Below, piece after piece: positions 50,009 through 61,299 of a stretch of 64,000 bases of DNA. The notes under the pieces were generated by a model, which made no database searches, was not told the origin of the DNA, and worked only from the letters and a program-made list of their open reading frames with translations. Position numbers and translations under genes: made by a program. Position 1 is the stretch's first letter. Each line of letters starts with the position of its first letter. This DNA comes from Botryllus schlosseri (lineage: Eukaryota): assembly GCA_051294905.1 (NCBI GenBank), contig CM119373.1, forward strand, positions 26,288,001-26,352,000, given 5' to 3'.

Positions 50009-50800
50009 AGCGATGCAGAAAACTTTGGAACGATGAATACCAACCGTGTAAGCGGTGTCTTATAAAAGCCTAGAAGTGGGCCGTGCTACAAGTCGGCATC
50101 TACGGAATAAAAATGAAGAAAATTGACCTGGAGTAAATTATTATAGTAGTCAACGTACAACATGAATACCACAAACAACGACAACAACGATGAATACACT
50201 CGTGGCCAAAAAGTATTACAAGCATTTCTGAAAAGCAAATTTTTGCCCGGAGGCCTGAAACGAACAGCCGTCATTATGACGCATATAATTATGTCTCCGG
50301 TCAGGTCACTGAAGTTCAAGCAACGACTCACTTGGTATTCCTCGTTTGTTTCTTGGACACTCTATCCCACTTACTGATCAGATGCCGGGAATTTGAGTAT
50401 CATCTCCGCTAATTTGGTGTAAATAAAACGCTGCTTTCTTTCTCAAAAATATATCTTTGAACTCTACATCGTTTAACTATACCCCAAAGAACTCATACTT
50501 TCCAGTGAACTGTACTTCTATATAAGTAGTTCGTAAATGAGAGTCCGTAGACCCGTCAGAAGTTGGTGGATTAGTTTGAAGTTGTCCGCTAGGGGAAAAT
50601 CATAGGGAATAGGCTACAGAGCCGAGTAATTGGACCGCGCGGCAAATTCGTTGAAATATTCGATAGATCGGCTCGGAAGTAAATGATCCTCGCGCGAAAT
50701 AGTAGGATCTTCGATACGAACCAGCAGATTTTTGAGTCTGCAAATCTGTGGAATTAGCGTACTCAATATGCATTTTCCTGTCATCATCAATATGATTCTG
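50009..50800 (+). pseudogene. Decayed LINE ORF2 tail downstream of the RNase H exon
   Basis: Out-of-frame remnants RKLWNDEY (~50020-50040), KKYYKHF, CLRSGH* (50292-50312) match QEIWQCEY, SHYKQFH and RLRSGHC of the LINE at 36335-37036; homologous decayed tract at ~35200-35600. Confidence 0.65.
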
Positions 50801-51240
50801 ACTAATTCAGTCCCTTTCCTTAGCGTTTATTTTCCAGGTGGATAGTGTTAAATGATGTATTTAAATTTAAAGCCTCATATGGTTGGACAAATGGACATGG
50901 CCACTGAGGGCTGTAAGCCAAAAGTGTCAGCAGCCTCTGGGGATTATTATGATTGTTAATATTTTAACCAGTGTATGTTGGTATTCAGGGCGTAGCAGTG
51001 GCACTACAAACTCCCTTCCTGAGAGCAGTCCCAAACGTAGCTCATAAATGAAAATAAGTAGAATATTCGTGGGCAAATTTATCTAACTGAAAGGAAAGTG
51101 TATTGTCGCTTCCGACAGGAGTTTTTTGGAGGAGTTAGTTTTTTTTCTAGCAATCAGCATTCCGGGTGGGTTTGTGAGCAGGTCTGGGCGACGGTGCTGA
51201 ACTTGTTTTCAAGAATCAGCATACCAAATTTAGAAGTGGG

Positions 51241-51377
51241 TCACAAATCAGAAATTGTGCCACGACCATGAAAAGGTTGGGTTGGATCAGGAGTCACCAA
51301 CACGTGAAGTGCGTCACAAATCAGAAATTGTGCCACGACCATGAAAAGGTTGGGTTGGATCAGGAGTCACCAACACG
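51241..51377. repeat. ~73-bp tandem duplication spanning a MITE insertion junction
   Basis: TCACAAATCAGAAATTGTGCCACGACCATGAAAAGGTTGGGTTGGATCAGGAGTCACCAACACG occurs twice identically (51241, 51314). Confidence 0.95.
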
Positions 51378-52185
51378 CGGCCCGCGATGTCATATTTTGC
51401 GGCCCGCGACGTGATTTGAGATTTCGGAAGAAAGCTAAGAAAACATTTTGAAATGCTGAAATTGATGCGCAATAGCTCAAACACTGTCAAGACCGAGACG
51501 CCTAAAAAACGGCTTAGGGAAGTGGTTCAGAAACTGGGGTGCTCTCCCCCATTGTGGGGGCGTAAAAGCATCTGAAGAACGCGGAGCTGTGGCCAACTGG
51601 CGATTTACCTCGAATTCATAGTTATAGACGTTGATCTGTGTATAATCAGGAATTCATATTATAGAATTCTCTCATCAACATTCATAACCTTCCATGCCAT
51701 CAAACTATCCGTTGGGATTGATAGCATTATGGATGCATTTTGTGATATGACGATAAGGGGGGGGGGGGGGGGGATTTTTCAGTATCATAAAGGGGGCATG
51801 TCTAAAAAGGTTTGAAAACACTAGGTTAGGGGTTCACCACAAGATCAAGCTTTACGTGGAGATGGTCTTTCTGGTAGTAGGCCTACCGTATCTCGCTAGC
51901 CCCAAAAAGCGTTTCCAGGTATCGTGCATAGCTCAGAGCTCAAAATAACATGAACTTGGTGCCAGTGATCCTTTGTTGTATTTGTATTCCTTTAATAATA
52001 AAATATTACTTTTTCTGTGGTCACTATACCACACCCATCGCCTATGTAAGGTAGCACAGCGTTGTACTGACGAAGAGTTTTAAAACGTGGTTGCCTACTT
52101 TATATCGATTTTGAATTCATGCAGCCCGCGGCTGCTACGAAATTTGAAAAGTGGCCCGCGACCCGTTTTGAGTTGGCGACCCCTG
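51361..52185 (+). mobile_element. hAT MITE (CAACACGCGGCCCGC family) with an internal Charlie-like MITE and a G17 run
   Basis: Termini CAGGAGTCACCAAC / GTTGGCGACCCCTG, perfect TSD GGTTGGAT; nested piece ~51523-51822; poly-G at 51757-51773. Confidence 0.9.
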
Positions 52186-53239
52186 GGTTGGATGGTGCAC
52201 AACAAAGAAAACATTCCGGAGCTACTACAAAGGCAACAATGATGAACCGTAACTGGATATCAAATCAACACGATGTGACCGAATATTTTCTCATATATAT
52301 TCGATACTATACCTACACAACCTACTTATTCGTTACGCCAATATTGGAGAGCCGATATTGAATTCGCAATTTGCTGTCAAAAATTCACTTCGCGACCACT
52401 TGATTCGATTCACCCAAGGTTTTCGAATTAGCACCATCATAATAATAATTTACAATCCCTATGTGTCGCGGCGATGGAGTTGGGTAGGAATGCATTATTA
52501 CTGCATGCGTTAACTTTTTACAACGATATTTGATTGCTTTCTTTGAAACTATATCACATGTGACGTGATGGTGATTATCCGTCAGGATGATTCGTATTTC
52601 CTAATCCACTCCATCTACTCTCCGAGGTCGGTAGTATATATCGCTGCTCAGCACTGCCACCTGGGGGTTGGAAGACGGTGGCTGGAAAATACATGGTAAG
52701 GACAAATAATACCGCGTATATCAGGCCGCTTCTTGAAATAGGCTGTATGACATACTAAACAAGCTCAAGGTCATCTGGCATAGGTCAGTAGTAGGCATGC
52801 CCCATGCCCATGCAGCTCACAAAATGAGTACGGACAGAGGTCTCAGATTCAAACCGAAAACGGCGACATTGCTATTACCCGGTCGAAACAGGGAATTTTC
52901 GTGGTATATGTGCGTAGCTCGTACTAACACAAAAATACAAATGCGTGAGTCGACCTCGTGGTATCCAAACATGATGCCAGTTTAATATCTCGATATTGAA
53001 CGATTACAAAGCTAGCAAAAAATCTTGTTTCATCTTCGCCTCTAAAATTACGTAAAATTATGTCGATATTGTAGTCTGACATATGATCATGTGGCGCTTT
53101 AGTGTTCTTCGGCCTATAGCGTGTGATTTTATAACGCCAAAACTAATTATTTCTGTAACTCTATCACAACACTTACCCTAACCTAACCCTCACTCACGCT
53201 CAAGCTTCGCATGCCTTGCCCATGTGTCCACCAACCCGA

Positions 53240-53500
53240 AAGTATGAGAATTACCAAGGCCAATTTTAGAGGTCTTTTCGTTCCAGCAGTCCAACATTTG
53301 CTCAGTGGTTGATCGTTCGGCGACGAAACCGGATTGCTGGTGGGATGTCAAGTCTCGGAAATCAAGAAGCCAGAAAGCGGTTCGGCAATCATGGGGTCCA
53401 CGACTTTACTTGCAGAGCATAATAGAGTCTATATAATTTACGCAAGCGGCACGCTTCCTTTTAAAAAACAGGATGCTACTCACCTGGAACGATTGTTTAA
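53240..53500 (+). pseudogene. Degenerate coding fragment duplicated at 56297-56485 (possibly a LINE APE endonuclease N-terminus)
   Basis: LPRPILEVFSFQQSNICSVVDR...GLLVGCQVSE aligns with LPESFLEVHSIHQPNICSLVDR...ELLAACQVIE; frameshift in this copy. Confidence 0.45.
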
Positions 53501-54381
53501 CAGTTCTGCAACGGGATATGCGACAGTTAGTGCTTATTTTACTATGTGAACAATTGGGAAATATCGTCAACCTCACAGCTCTTAACAATAGACAGATAGA
53601 TTAAAGTGATTCGGTAGCAAAGGTCGGTAATTCAAGTGCGTAAGCGTGATTACTTTGAAGGTGGAGATGGTTGCCGTTACTCGATACACAAACATGCTCA
53701 TTATTCAATTTGAACTGTTCACCTAACTATTACCGAAAGCAGGTATGAAATATCTGTCTTGTGGGAGAGTTTCACTATAAAGGAATCCGATCCTGCTGAT
53801 TGTATCCATCCAAACATTCCACTACACTCGAATTACTTACAGTGACATGACAGTAGGACCTCAATCATTATTGGTATATTGTTAAAACAAAAGACGAAAA
53901 TATCCTCACGCCCTTCGCAAAAGTCTTTTAATTGTGTCATACCAACGATCCAACGTTCACGAACGCGTGATATTCATGGTATTCGCAAAGGAATTGGATA
54001 GACCAGCAACAATGTTTAGTAGGTCGAGAAATATTAATGCCAGATTCAGTTTAGTTGCGTTTAGTCATGTAGGCTTAATGGCCTATACGACTAACCAAAC
54101 CAAAATACGTTTTTTAGAAACTCTTGGCTTCCAACGCGAATTCGTAACGTTTAGTTGCTTGAATTGTTTTGAAATGCTCAGTTGTTCGAAATAAATACTT
54201 GATCATTTCAAGGGTTTCGCTTGATATGATATGCCCTGACGAAAGGTAATTCCGTGTGCTTCAATTTAGAACGCAAAAGGCTTTATTGTGGAAAGTTTCA
54301 CTAGATTTGTTTTACCAATGATATTATTAATAAATATATTCGTGGCGTTGATTAGAAGCGCGCAATTTGCCTATTGTTATT

Positions 54382-54589
54382 ATTATTATGATTCACATCA
54401 GTGGCGCTGATAGCCTGTTTACAGCTTTGTGCTCCACGGCATTACATGCTATAACAGTACAATGAATACATTTCTTCGTCTCTTGATTATTATGATTCAC
54501 ATCAGTGGCGCTGATAGCCTGTTTACAGCTTTGTGCTCCACGGCATTACATGCTATAACAGTACAATGAATACATTTCTTCGTCTCTTG
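54382..54589. repeat. Perfect 104-bp tandem duplication
   Basis: 54382-54485 is identical to 54486-54589. Confidence 0.95.
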
Positions 54590-54599
54590 AATGTTCTTG

Positions 54600-54835
54600 C
54601 ACTCTCTCAGTCCCACTCTTCAGGCATTCTCTGTCACGCTCGCTTCTTCATCGTCTCTTTTTGCTGCCGACTTATAGCTCGGCCCACGTTTTGACTGGGC
54701 TTTTCAAGTCTGCAGAAGTCTGCGACTGCAGTGAGGAGCCCATATAACCTCCCACACGTAGGAGTTAGTCTTAACCGGGATTCGAACCACTTCCATTGGT
54801 GTCTGGCGCTTAACCAACTGCGCCACTCGCTTCCC
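54600..54835 (-). mobile_element. tRNA-derived SINE
   Basis: Minus strand GGGAAGCGAGTGGCGCAGTTGGTTAAGCGCC...GGTTCGAATCCCGG: Pol III A box (54814-54825) and B box (54777-54788), no tRNA cloverleaf 3' end, followed by an unrelated body; 3' end approximate. Confidence 0.75.
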
Positions 54836-55504
54836 AGCAACTTGTTGATGATATTTAGCATGTTATATAGGAAAATAGCCTCCTTCGTCATATTGAGTAA
54901 ATAGTCACATTATGAAATGCAGGAAAAGGTACAGTTTAACAATGTGCGTTTCAAAAAACTAATTTAATTAGAAATCATGCTTGTAATAGCCCAATGAAGC
55001 CATAAGAAAGTGGTTGAAACCCATACGTATACTAAAGCAGTGGTTCTCAACCGCCGGTCCGTGGCAAGTCTTCTGCCGTTCTGCCAAAGATATTAGATTT
55101 TTGTATCTCAATCGAAAAATGCAAGAAATTGGACGCTTGTCCATTAATTAGAGAAATAAAACATCAAATTTTTAAGTCAATTTACAAGTTTGGAACGTCT
55201 TTTTTGTGCACCGTGCCGTAATAGAGAGTCCGTGGTTTACTTTAGACGTTCGTCACAATGGTGAAAGCGTGATACGAAAATATTTTAAAATCCCATACAA
55301 ATCGTTTCGGAATAGTTATTTGATAACGCTATACACACTGTTAAAGAAACTTCGTTAAATTATGACCCGTGGCAGTATAATAGAGGTCATAGCAGCAACG
55401 TCGAGTTTTGCCGAACAGTCTCAATCACGTTTGTGCTTTTCAACAGGACCTCGCGAGCTTCATCTTGCAGAAACTTCAATAAAACTGCGTATAACTATCT
55501 AATG

Positions 55505-56213
55505 CAGGGGTCGCCAAGTCAAAACGGGTTGCGGGCCAATTTTCTAAGTTAGTAGTGGCTGCGGACCACATGAATTCAATATCGATATAAAATAGGCAAC
55601 CACGTTTTTAACTCTACGTCTGTACAACTCTAATCGATATTGGGGCTAACGAGGTACGATACTAGCTCAAAGACTATATCCACGTAATGCTCGATCTTGT
55701 GTGGAAGCCGTGAGCCAGTGGTTCTCAAACTTTTTTAGACACGCCCCCCTTTATGATACTGAAAATTTCCTCGCCCCCTCATCGTTATTTAGAAGCATGC
55801 AACCAGAATGCAAGCAATCCCAACAGATAGTTTGAGGGCATGGAAGCTTATGACAGTAGCTCCGCAGCCCTTTCAGATGCTTCCACGCCTCCGCATGGGG
55901 CACCCTCAGTTTCAGAACCAAAGTCTCGGTCTTGGCAAGGTTTGGACCATTGCACGTTCAGGAAATATGCCCATTCATACCAGCTGATTCTCCCTCGATG
56001 GAATGCTGCCATCGCCAAAGCCGTTTTAGCTAGTGACTTATAATGATGTGAGCACAAGAGAATATAGCTTATTTTGAAACAACAACAACAATATGTTGAA
56101 ACTGTAGTTAATTTCAGCATTTCAAAAAGGTTTACTAAGCTTTCTTCCGAAAATTCAAATCAGGTCATCGGCCCCAAAATATGCCCTCGCGGGACGCGTG
56201 TTGCTGTACCCTG
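55505..56213 (-). mobile_element. hAT MITE, third copy of the CAACACGCGGCCCGC family
   Basis: Reverse-complement colinear with 51361-52185, including the nested Charlie-like piece; TSD not preserved. Confidence 0.8.
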
Positions 56214-56296
56214 AATTGGTAGATTAGTAGGTCTTTATTAATGTCGCATGCGGACCTGCATAATATAGGCCTACTTTTGTAAGATGCAAATAAATA

Positions 56297-56485
56297 ATGT
56301 CGCGGGGATTACCGGAGTCGTTTTTAGAGGTCCATTCGATACACCAGCCCAACATTTGCTCACTTGTTGATCGCCGGTCATGTCATGAAAACGAATTGTT
56401 AGCGGCATGTCAGGTGATTGAAAATCAGGAAGGGAAAAGCACGTCCTTAATAATAGACTCCGGGAGTTTATTACGAAGCATATAG
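56297..56485 (+). pseudogene. Short ORF paralogous to 53240-53500
   Basis: 62-aa track ORF with clear nucleotide and protein similarity to the 53.2-kb fragment. Confidence 0.4.
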
Positions 56486-56783
56486 AATGGCTATGGGCGT
56501 ATATAGTTTACGGGAACGGTCCGCCTATCATTTGTAAAACAGGACTAAGCATGGAAATTTTTCATTCAACTGGTTAAGGAATAAGTAAACATCTATGAAA
56601 AAGGATCTGCAATTTCTGGTGCTTGGTCGGCCATGATCAGTTGAGAGGTATCGTCGATAGAGAGGATAGAACAGCGGTTTTCAACCTTTTTGTCTTCGCG
56701 GACCCCTTTTGGCCGTCAGGGACCCCTGCGGACCCACTTGAGTTTCCGTTCAAATTCATTTCAACAATCGTGCAACCGTCATC

Positions 56784-58495
56784 TAGGGCTGGTCAAAATC
56801 GAGTACATGAGTGATTCGATTCTGAATCACGTATTACGCTTCGAGTCGAGTCGAGTATTCGAGTATCACTCAGTATGACGTTACACCAGAATGCAGGGCA
56901 TGGTATGGTATGGTATGGTATGGTATGGTATGGAAGTATGGTATGGTATGGATCGATATTTTGGTATGGAATATGGAACGATGCAAGTATGGTATGGAAT
57001 GGAAGATTTTAATCTATGGTATGGAACGACATTTCCATACTTCCATACTTTGGTATTTTATACATTTTATCGTGATCTGTGCAAGCTTCATCAAGCGTAC
57101 GTTGTTCGCTGTTCACGGAATATGATCGCTTTTGTTATGTGAGAACGCTGTGTAGGAACAAATACACGCTATGCTTGTGCAAGGGTTTTAGGAGCACCTG
57201 GAATGACATGATTTTGTGATGCAATAATGACAACAGAATGTTGATCTTATATTCCACTGAGTCTACTAGACACGGCGTTTACGAGCGTAGTCCATCATGT
57301 GACGCAATAATTGGTAATGTAGGCTACTCCAACTACCTTATTCCTTGAGTGACGACAGCATACTAGCAATCATGCTGCAATGTACACTAATAGCTCAATG
57401 TGGTTGATAATTACATTTCTTCTGAATCATTGTCCGCCACATTTACACCATTTACATACCGAGATAGCTTATTTGTCTCCTTTCAAACGCTTTCGCATCA
57501 GGATTATAGATGAGAGAGTGGGGTAGATATAGTTGGAAATTCTCGCCACGCTAACCTCAACCAAATATTGTACTTATAATCACGCAGATCGCAGCAGTAT
57601 TGATCACCTGCAGCTGGGATATTTTGTGGGTGCGCCTATATTATAAATTGCTGTGCGAATATTTACTTCAAAATTGCATGTGCCTAATGCCAATGTATCG
57701 GAAATGCGATGATATTCTTATGGAGGGTCCTAGATAACAATCCGCTGACTATCTCATTTTGCTCGCGGAAGCTGTAGACGTACACGGCACCTCACCACCG
57801 TGAACTAAACCTCACCAAACCAGACTCTGTAAAAGTATTACCAGGAATTAGATTCGCATCTTGGCTGGTTGAAGCAATAATTACACCCGAAATATCATAA
57901 TACAGGTGCTAGGAAAGGTACCTTACCATGATATTGAAGTGTTTGAAAGTATGGAAGATGTATCAAGTATGGTATGGAACAATGTTGGTATGGTGTGGAA
58001 AATTGCAAGTATGGTATGGAGAGAGTAAGGCAAGTATGGAGTATGGAAAATCCACGTTCCATACCATACTATACCATGCCCTGCAGAATGTACTGTGTCA
58101 AAGTTCAAATATGTACCTTTTATGCCACCGCAAAGAATATAATGCCTGTTATCCGTCACATTAAAGATATTTTTGTATTTTTTCGACCATACCGATTTCA
58201 TTGCACTTCCCGACAATGTTGTGGGATGATCACGACCTCGGAAATGTGTTATTTCCAGTAACGTTCGTAGCTTTGTGCTATGTCTCGTATGTTGCGACAC
58301 GGCCAATCGGGGTTTCATGGCTTTTTCACTGGAAAATAGTATCAAAACTATAATTCTTGTTAGTAAATTAACTTTCAGTTGCGAGGAGCGTATAATTTCA
58401 GTACTCGAAAAAATCGTCTTTCACTACTCGACTCGAATCAATAAAATTAATACTCGTTTCAGATTCGAGTACTCTAATCATTGTGCCCAGCCCTA
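56784..58495. mobile_element. MITE with CGAGT/ACTCG subterminal repeats, middle member of nest 3
   Basis: Termini TAGGGCTGG / CCAGCCCTA; absent from the sister copy at 39413; TSD not preserved. Confidence 0.7.
56894..58083. mobile_element. MITE with (GGTAT)n subterminal arrays, inner member of nest 3
   Basis: TIRs CAGGGCATGGTAT / ATACCATGCCCTG, flanking 7-bp direct repeat CAGAATG. Confidence 0.85.
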
Positions 58496-58906
58496 GATAT
58501 GACTTGTGCCAAATTTAACTGTAGGATAGTGATAAACAGCGACATATTGACGTATCTTACAAATAATACCGTACATTATGTAGAAATTGCATCGATTTTT
58601 ATTATTTCAAAGCAAATTTCGATATGAACGAGTTCTGAAAATCTATTTACTCAAATATATGTGGTAGCTAATGTAATTACGAAACATGTTTTCTTTTTAG
58701 TAACCGTAACCAATTATGACGCCCCTGTTAACGAACAATGAGATGAGACAACGCAAGAAAAATGTGCAGTGTAACAACGTGTGCTACAAATCACATTTAA
58801 AATGGTCAAATAAAGACCGTAAGAATATGGTTGAATATCCGTTAGGAATTTTGATGATATATATAAAGCATCGATATTTGTCGATACTTTTAGTAAAGTT
58901 TTAAGC

Positions 58907-61299
58907 CGGGCTGTGGAGTTGGAGTCGGAGTTTAGCTAAATTTCGCTTGATGGAGTCGGAGTCGGAGTCGTGAAAACTGCCGTAGTGGCTGGAGACGGAG
59001 TCGGAGTCGTGGAAATAATACCGACTGGAGTAGAAGTCGGAGTTTGTGAAAATGACCATGACTTCGACTCCGACTCCGGCTCCAACTTCTTTATCATGAA
59101 AACAACTGCTTCCAAAGCCCTCTGTGAATTACTAATATATTCTAATACCTATAATAGGATTTTTATGTACCATCAATCACTGTTTAGTAACGATACAGAT
59201 CAGGGCGGCCGAACCGTGCTCCGCAGGCCAAATGTGGCCCGCGAGAAGGTTTTGTATGGCCTGCGTCGTAATTCTCTAAATTATATATAACATAAGGTAA
59301 AATTGCAATGTCTATACCAAAATTTGATTAGCCTAACCGAGAAATTCGACGATGACTAAAACATCAGTTTCGACGAATAGGCATAACCATGGGCCAACCA
59401 CATTCATCACAGATCTTCGTATAAGACCATAAAGTAAAATATTCCGTAGCAGATATTTTGACTTGAAATTTTTCTTAGCATTTCGCATGGTTTATTGTCA
59501 CATTTCTTGCATTTAGTATTGGAACACCTCCTGGAAATTTTAAAAACGCGTAATTTACAAAAATGTGTCCAATTATACTCGCAATTAGGATATAGCATGT
59601 CGTTCAACATGCAACTTCGCTATTGCGCTCGAAATGAGATCGTCGGCGATGAAACATTTTCACTAAATGACAGAGGCATGTTCACCGAAACAGTCGATAT
59701 TGCAATGTCTAAAACGCTAAATAATCCTGACCTTGCCAAATGAGCCCATTGCTATACAGAGGCGACCCCCAATATATGTAAGTGATATATTTATTGATCG
59801 AATTCATTCATTACCTTTGAAAAAATTGCGCGCTTCGCGCGACCAGGGCACACTGTACAGTTGGACACAGAGTTTTCATGATACAATTTCAAAGCGTAGT
59901 AATATAAGTATAACTCTTGTTTTTAATGTCATACCTAATTCGGTTGATACCTATCGGACGGCTTAAAAAAGGTCATCAACATTCAAGTTACCCGCGTAAT
60001 GGTTCTCAAATCTCATGTGGCACTGGCCGAAAAGGTTGGCCACCCCTGACATGGATAAAATTGAACATTTTTTGAAAATTGCAATTCAGTCGCATAGAGC
60101 ATGAAAGAAGCAATATGTATATTCGCGATGCAGTCACAAATTGATGCAATTTGTGGAATCATACCATGATATTGTGACGGAGCAAACAAAACGTCTGGTT
60201 GCAAAATTGATGTAAATATAACCGAACGCTCCTTCCCTCTTGACAAAATGGAAATTACTTGAAGTATAGCTTAGCTGCTTGGGTCGAATATACAGGGAGC
60301 GTAATTGTACATCGCTAAGCGGTCGTTTATCAGCCTTATGCCGGGGAGCACCACGAAGCTTCATAAACACTCCACATCCATTAGTTTTCAACCTTTTATG
60401 GTCACGACTCCATCTCTAATTTCAAAATGTTCCGTGGCTCAGATCAAAATTTGACGAGCTGGTTACTAAAAGAAGTCAGCACCTTTGTCCGGACACGAGC
60501 TATTTTGGAAGCTGATTACGTTCAACATCTTCGCGAACCCCAGAATAAAGGCAAACGACCCCCACGTTTGGACCCAATATATTTGATTAAAGCATTTAAA
60601 CGGCCTTAACGATCTCTAGGAATATACCGTTCTCCTATTATTGCGATTACAATTAGGCTTATTACAGTAAATGAAGGTTGTTTATATTTAATTAAGTTTT
60701 TGCGAGGATGGTAGCTCTCACATTAAAATCAATAAAAGTTATGGTAAATCGCGCGCAGCTCGAAGAAAAATATCATACAGCATATATAGTCCCAAAAATA
60801 ATGCTCTTATGTTGAGTTAGGAAAAAATTATGAGCCCTGATATAATATTGCTTCCTTGTTCACAAAAGTTCAGCTTATGTCATGGTCCTTGAACAAATAA
60901 AAAGTAATCGTTAATACACAAAGAAATCGATTAGATTTACGAAGTAGTCGATTACGAATACGATTACTTTGGAAATTTTTCAATCGCAATCGATGCGATA
61001 ACGATTACTTGAAAACGCTGTAATCGCCGTAACCGATTACGATTACTAATGAATGAAATGAAATGAATCAATTTCGCAGCCATCGTTAATCATATGTTTG
61101 CATATGTTTAATGGTTATATGATTGTCATTTACTGTCACTGTAGCATATAATTTTCGAAGTAAATTGGTAATTCTGGTTGAGTCGGAGTCGGTACGTTTG
61201 AAGACTCAGGAGTCGAAGTCGGAGACGGAGTCGGTCAATTGAAAATGTGTGGAGTCGGAGCTGGAGTCGGTGGTAAAATTTAGCGACTCCACAGCCCTG
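58907..61299. mobile_element. hAT-type MITE with (GGAGTC)n subterminal arrays
   Basis: Termini CGGGCTGTGGAG / CTCCACAGCCCTG, TSD TTTTAAGC/GTTTAATC (6/8); contains 59201-60048 and a CGATTA-family fragment at ~60830-61050. Confidence 0.75.
59201..60048. mobile_element. hAT MITE nested in 58907-61299
   Basis: Termini CAGGGCGGCCGAACC / GGTTGGCCACCCCTG, GGCCCGCG motif; TSD only 5/8. Confidence 0.6.

Larger units (their letters stand above)
56672..58560 (+). mobile_element. Charlie-like MITE, outer member of nest 3
   Basis: Left end matches 39413 up to CCGTCATC, and the match resumes after 58495 (GTGC...AACTG.AGG.TAGTGATAAACAGC); right end not located. Confidence 0.65.

Noticed and set aside
51757-51773. 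G17 run as a regulatory G-quadruplex
   Set aside because: Lies within a nested MITE whose sister copy (~55770) has only a short C-run; most likely homopolymer expansion or sequencing error.
54760-54835. Functional tRNA gene
   Set aside because: Anticodon/variable region too short and no acceptor-stem closure; better explained as a SINE head.
56891-58345. Track ORFs rich in WYGM repeats
   Set aside because: They are translations of (GGTAT)n subterminal arrays of a MITE; also not a telomeric repeat array.
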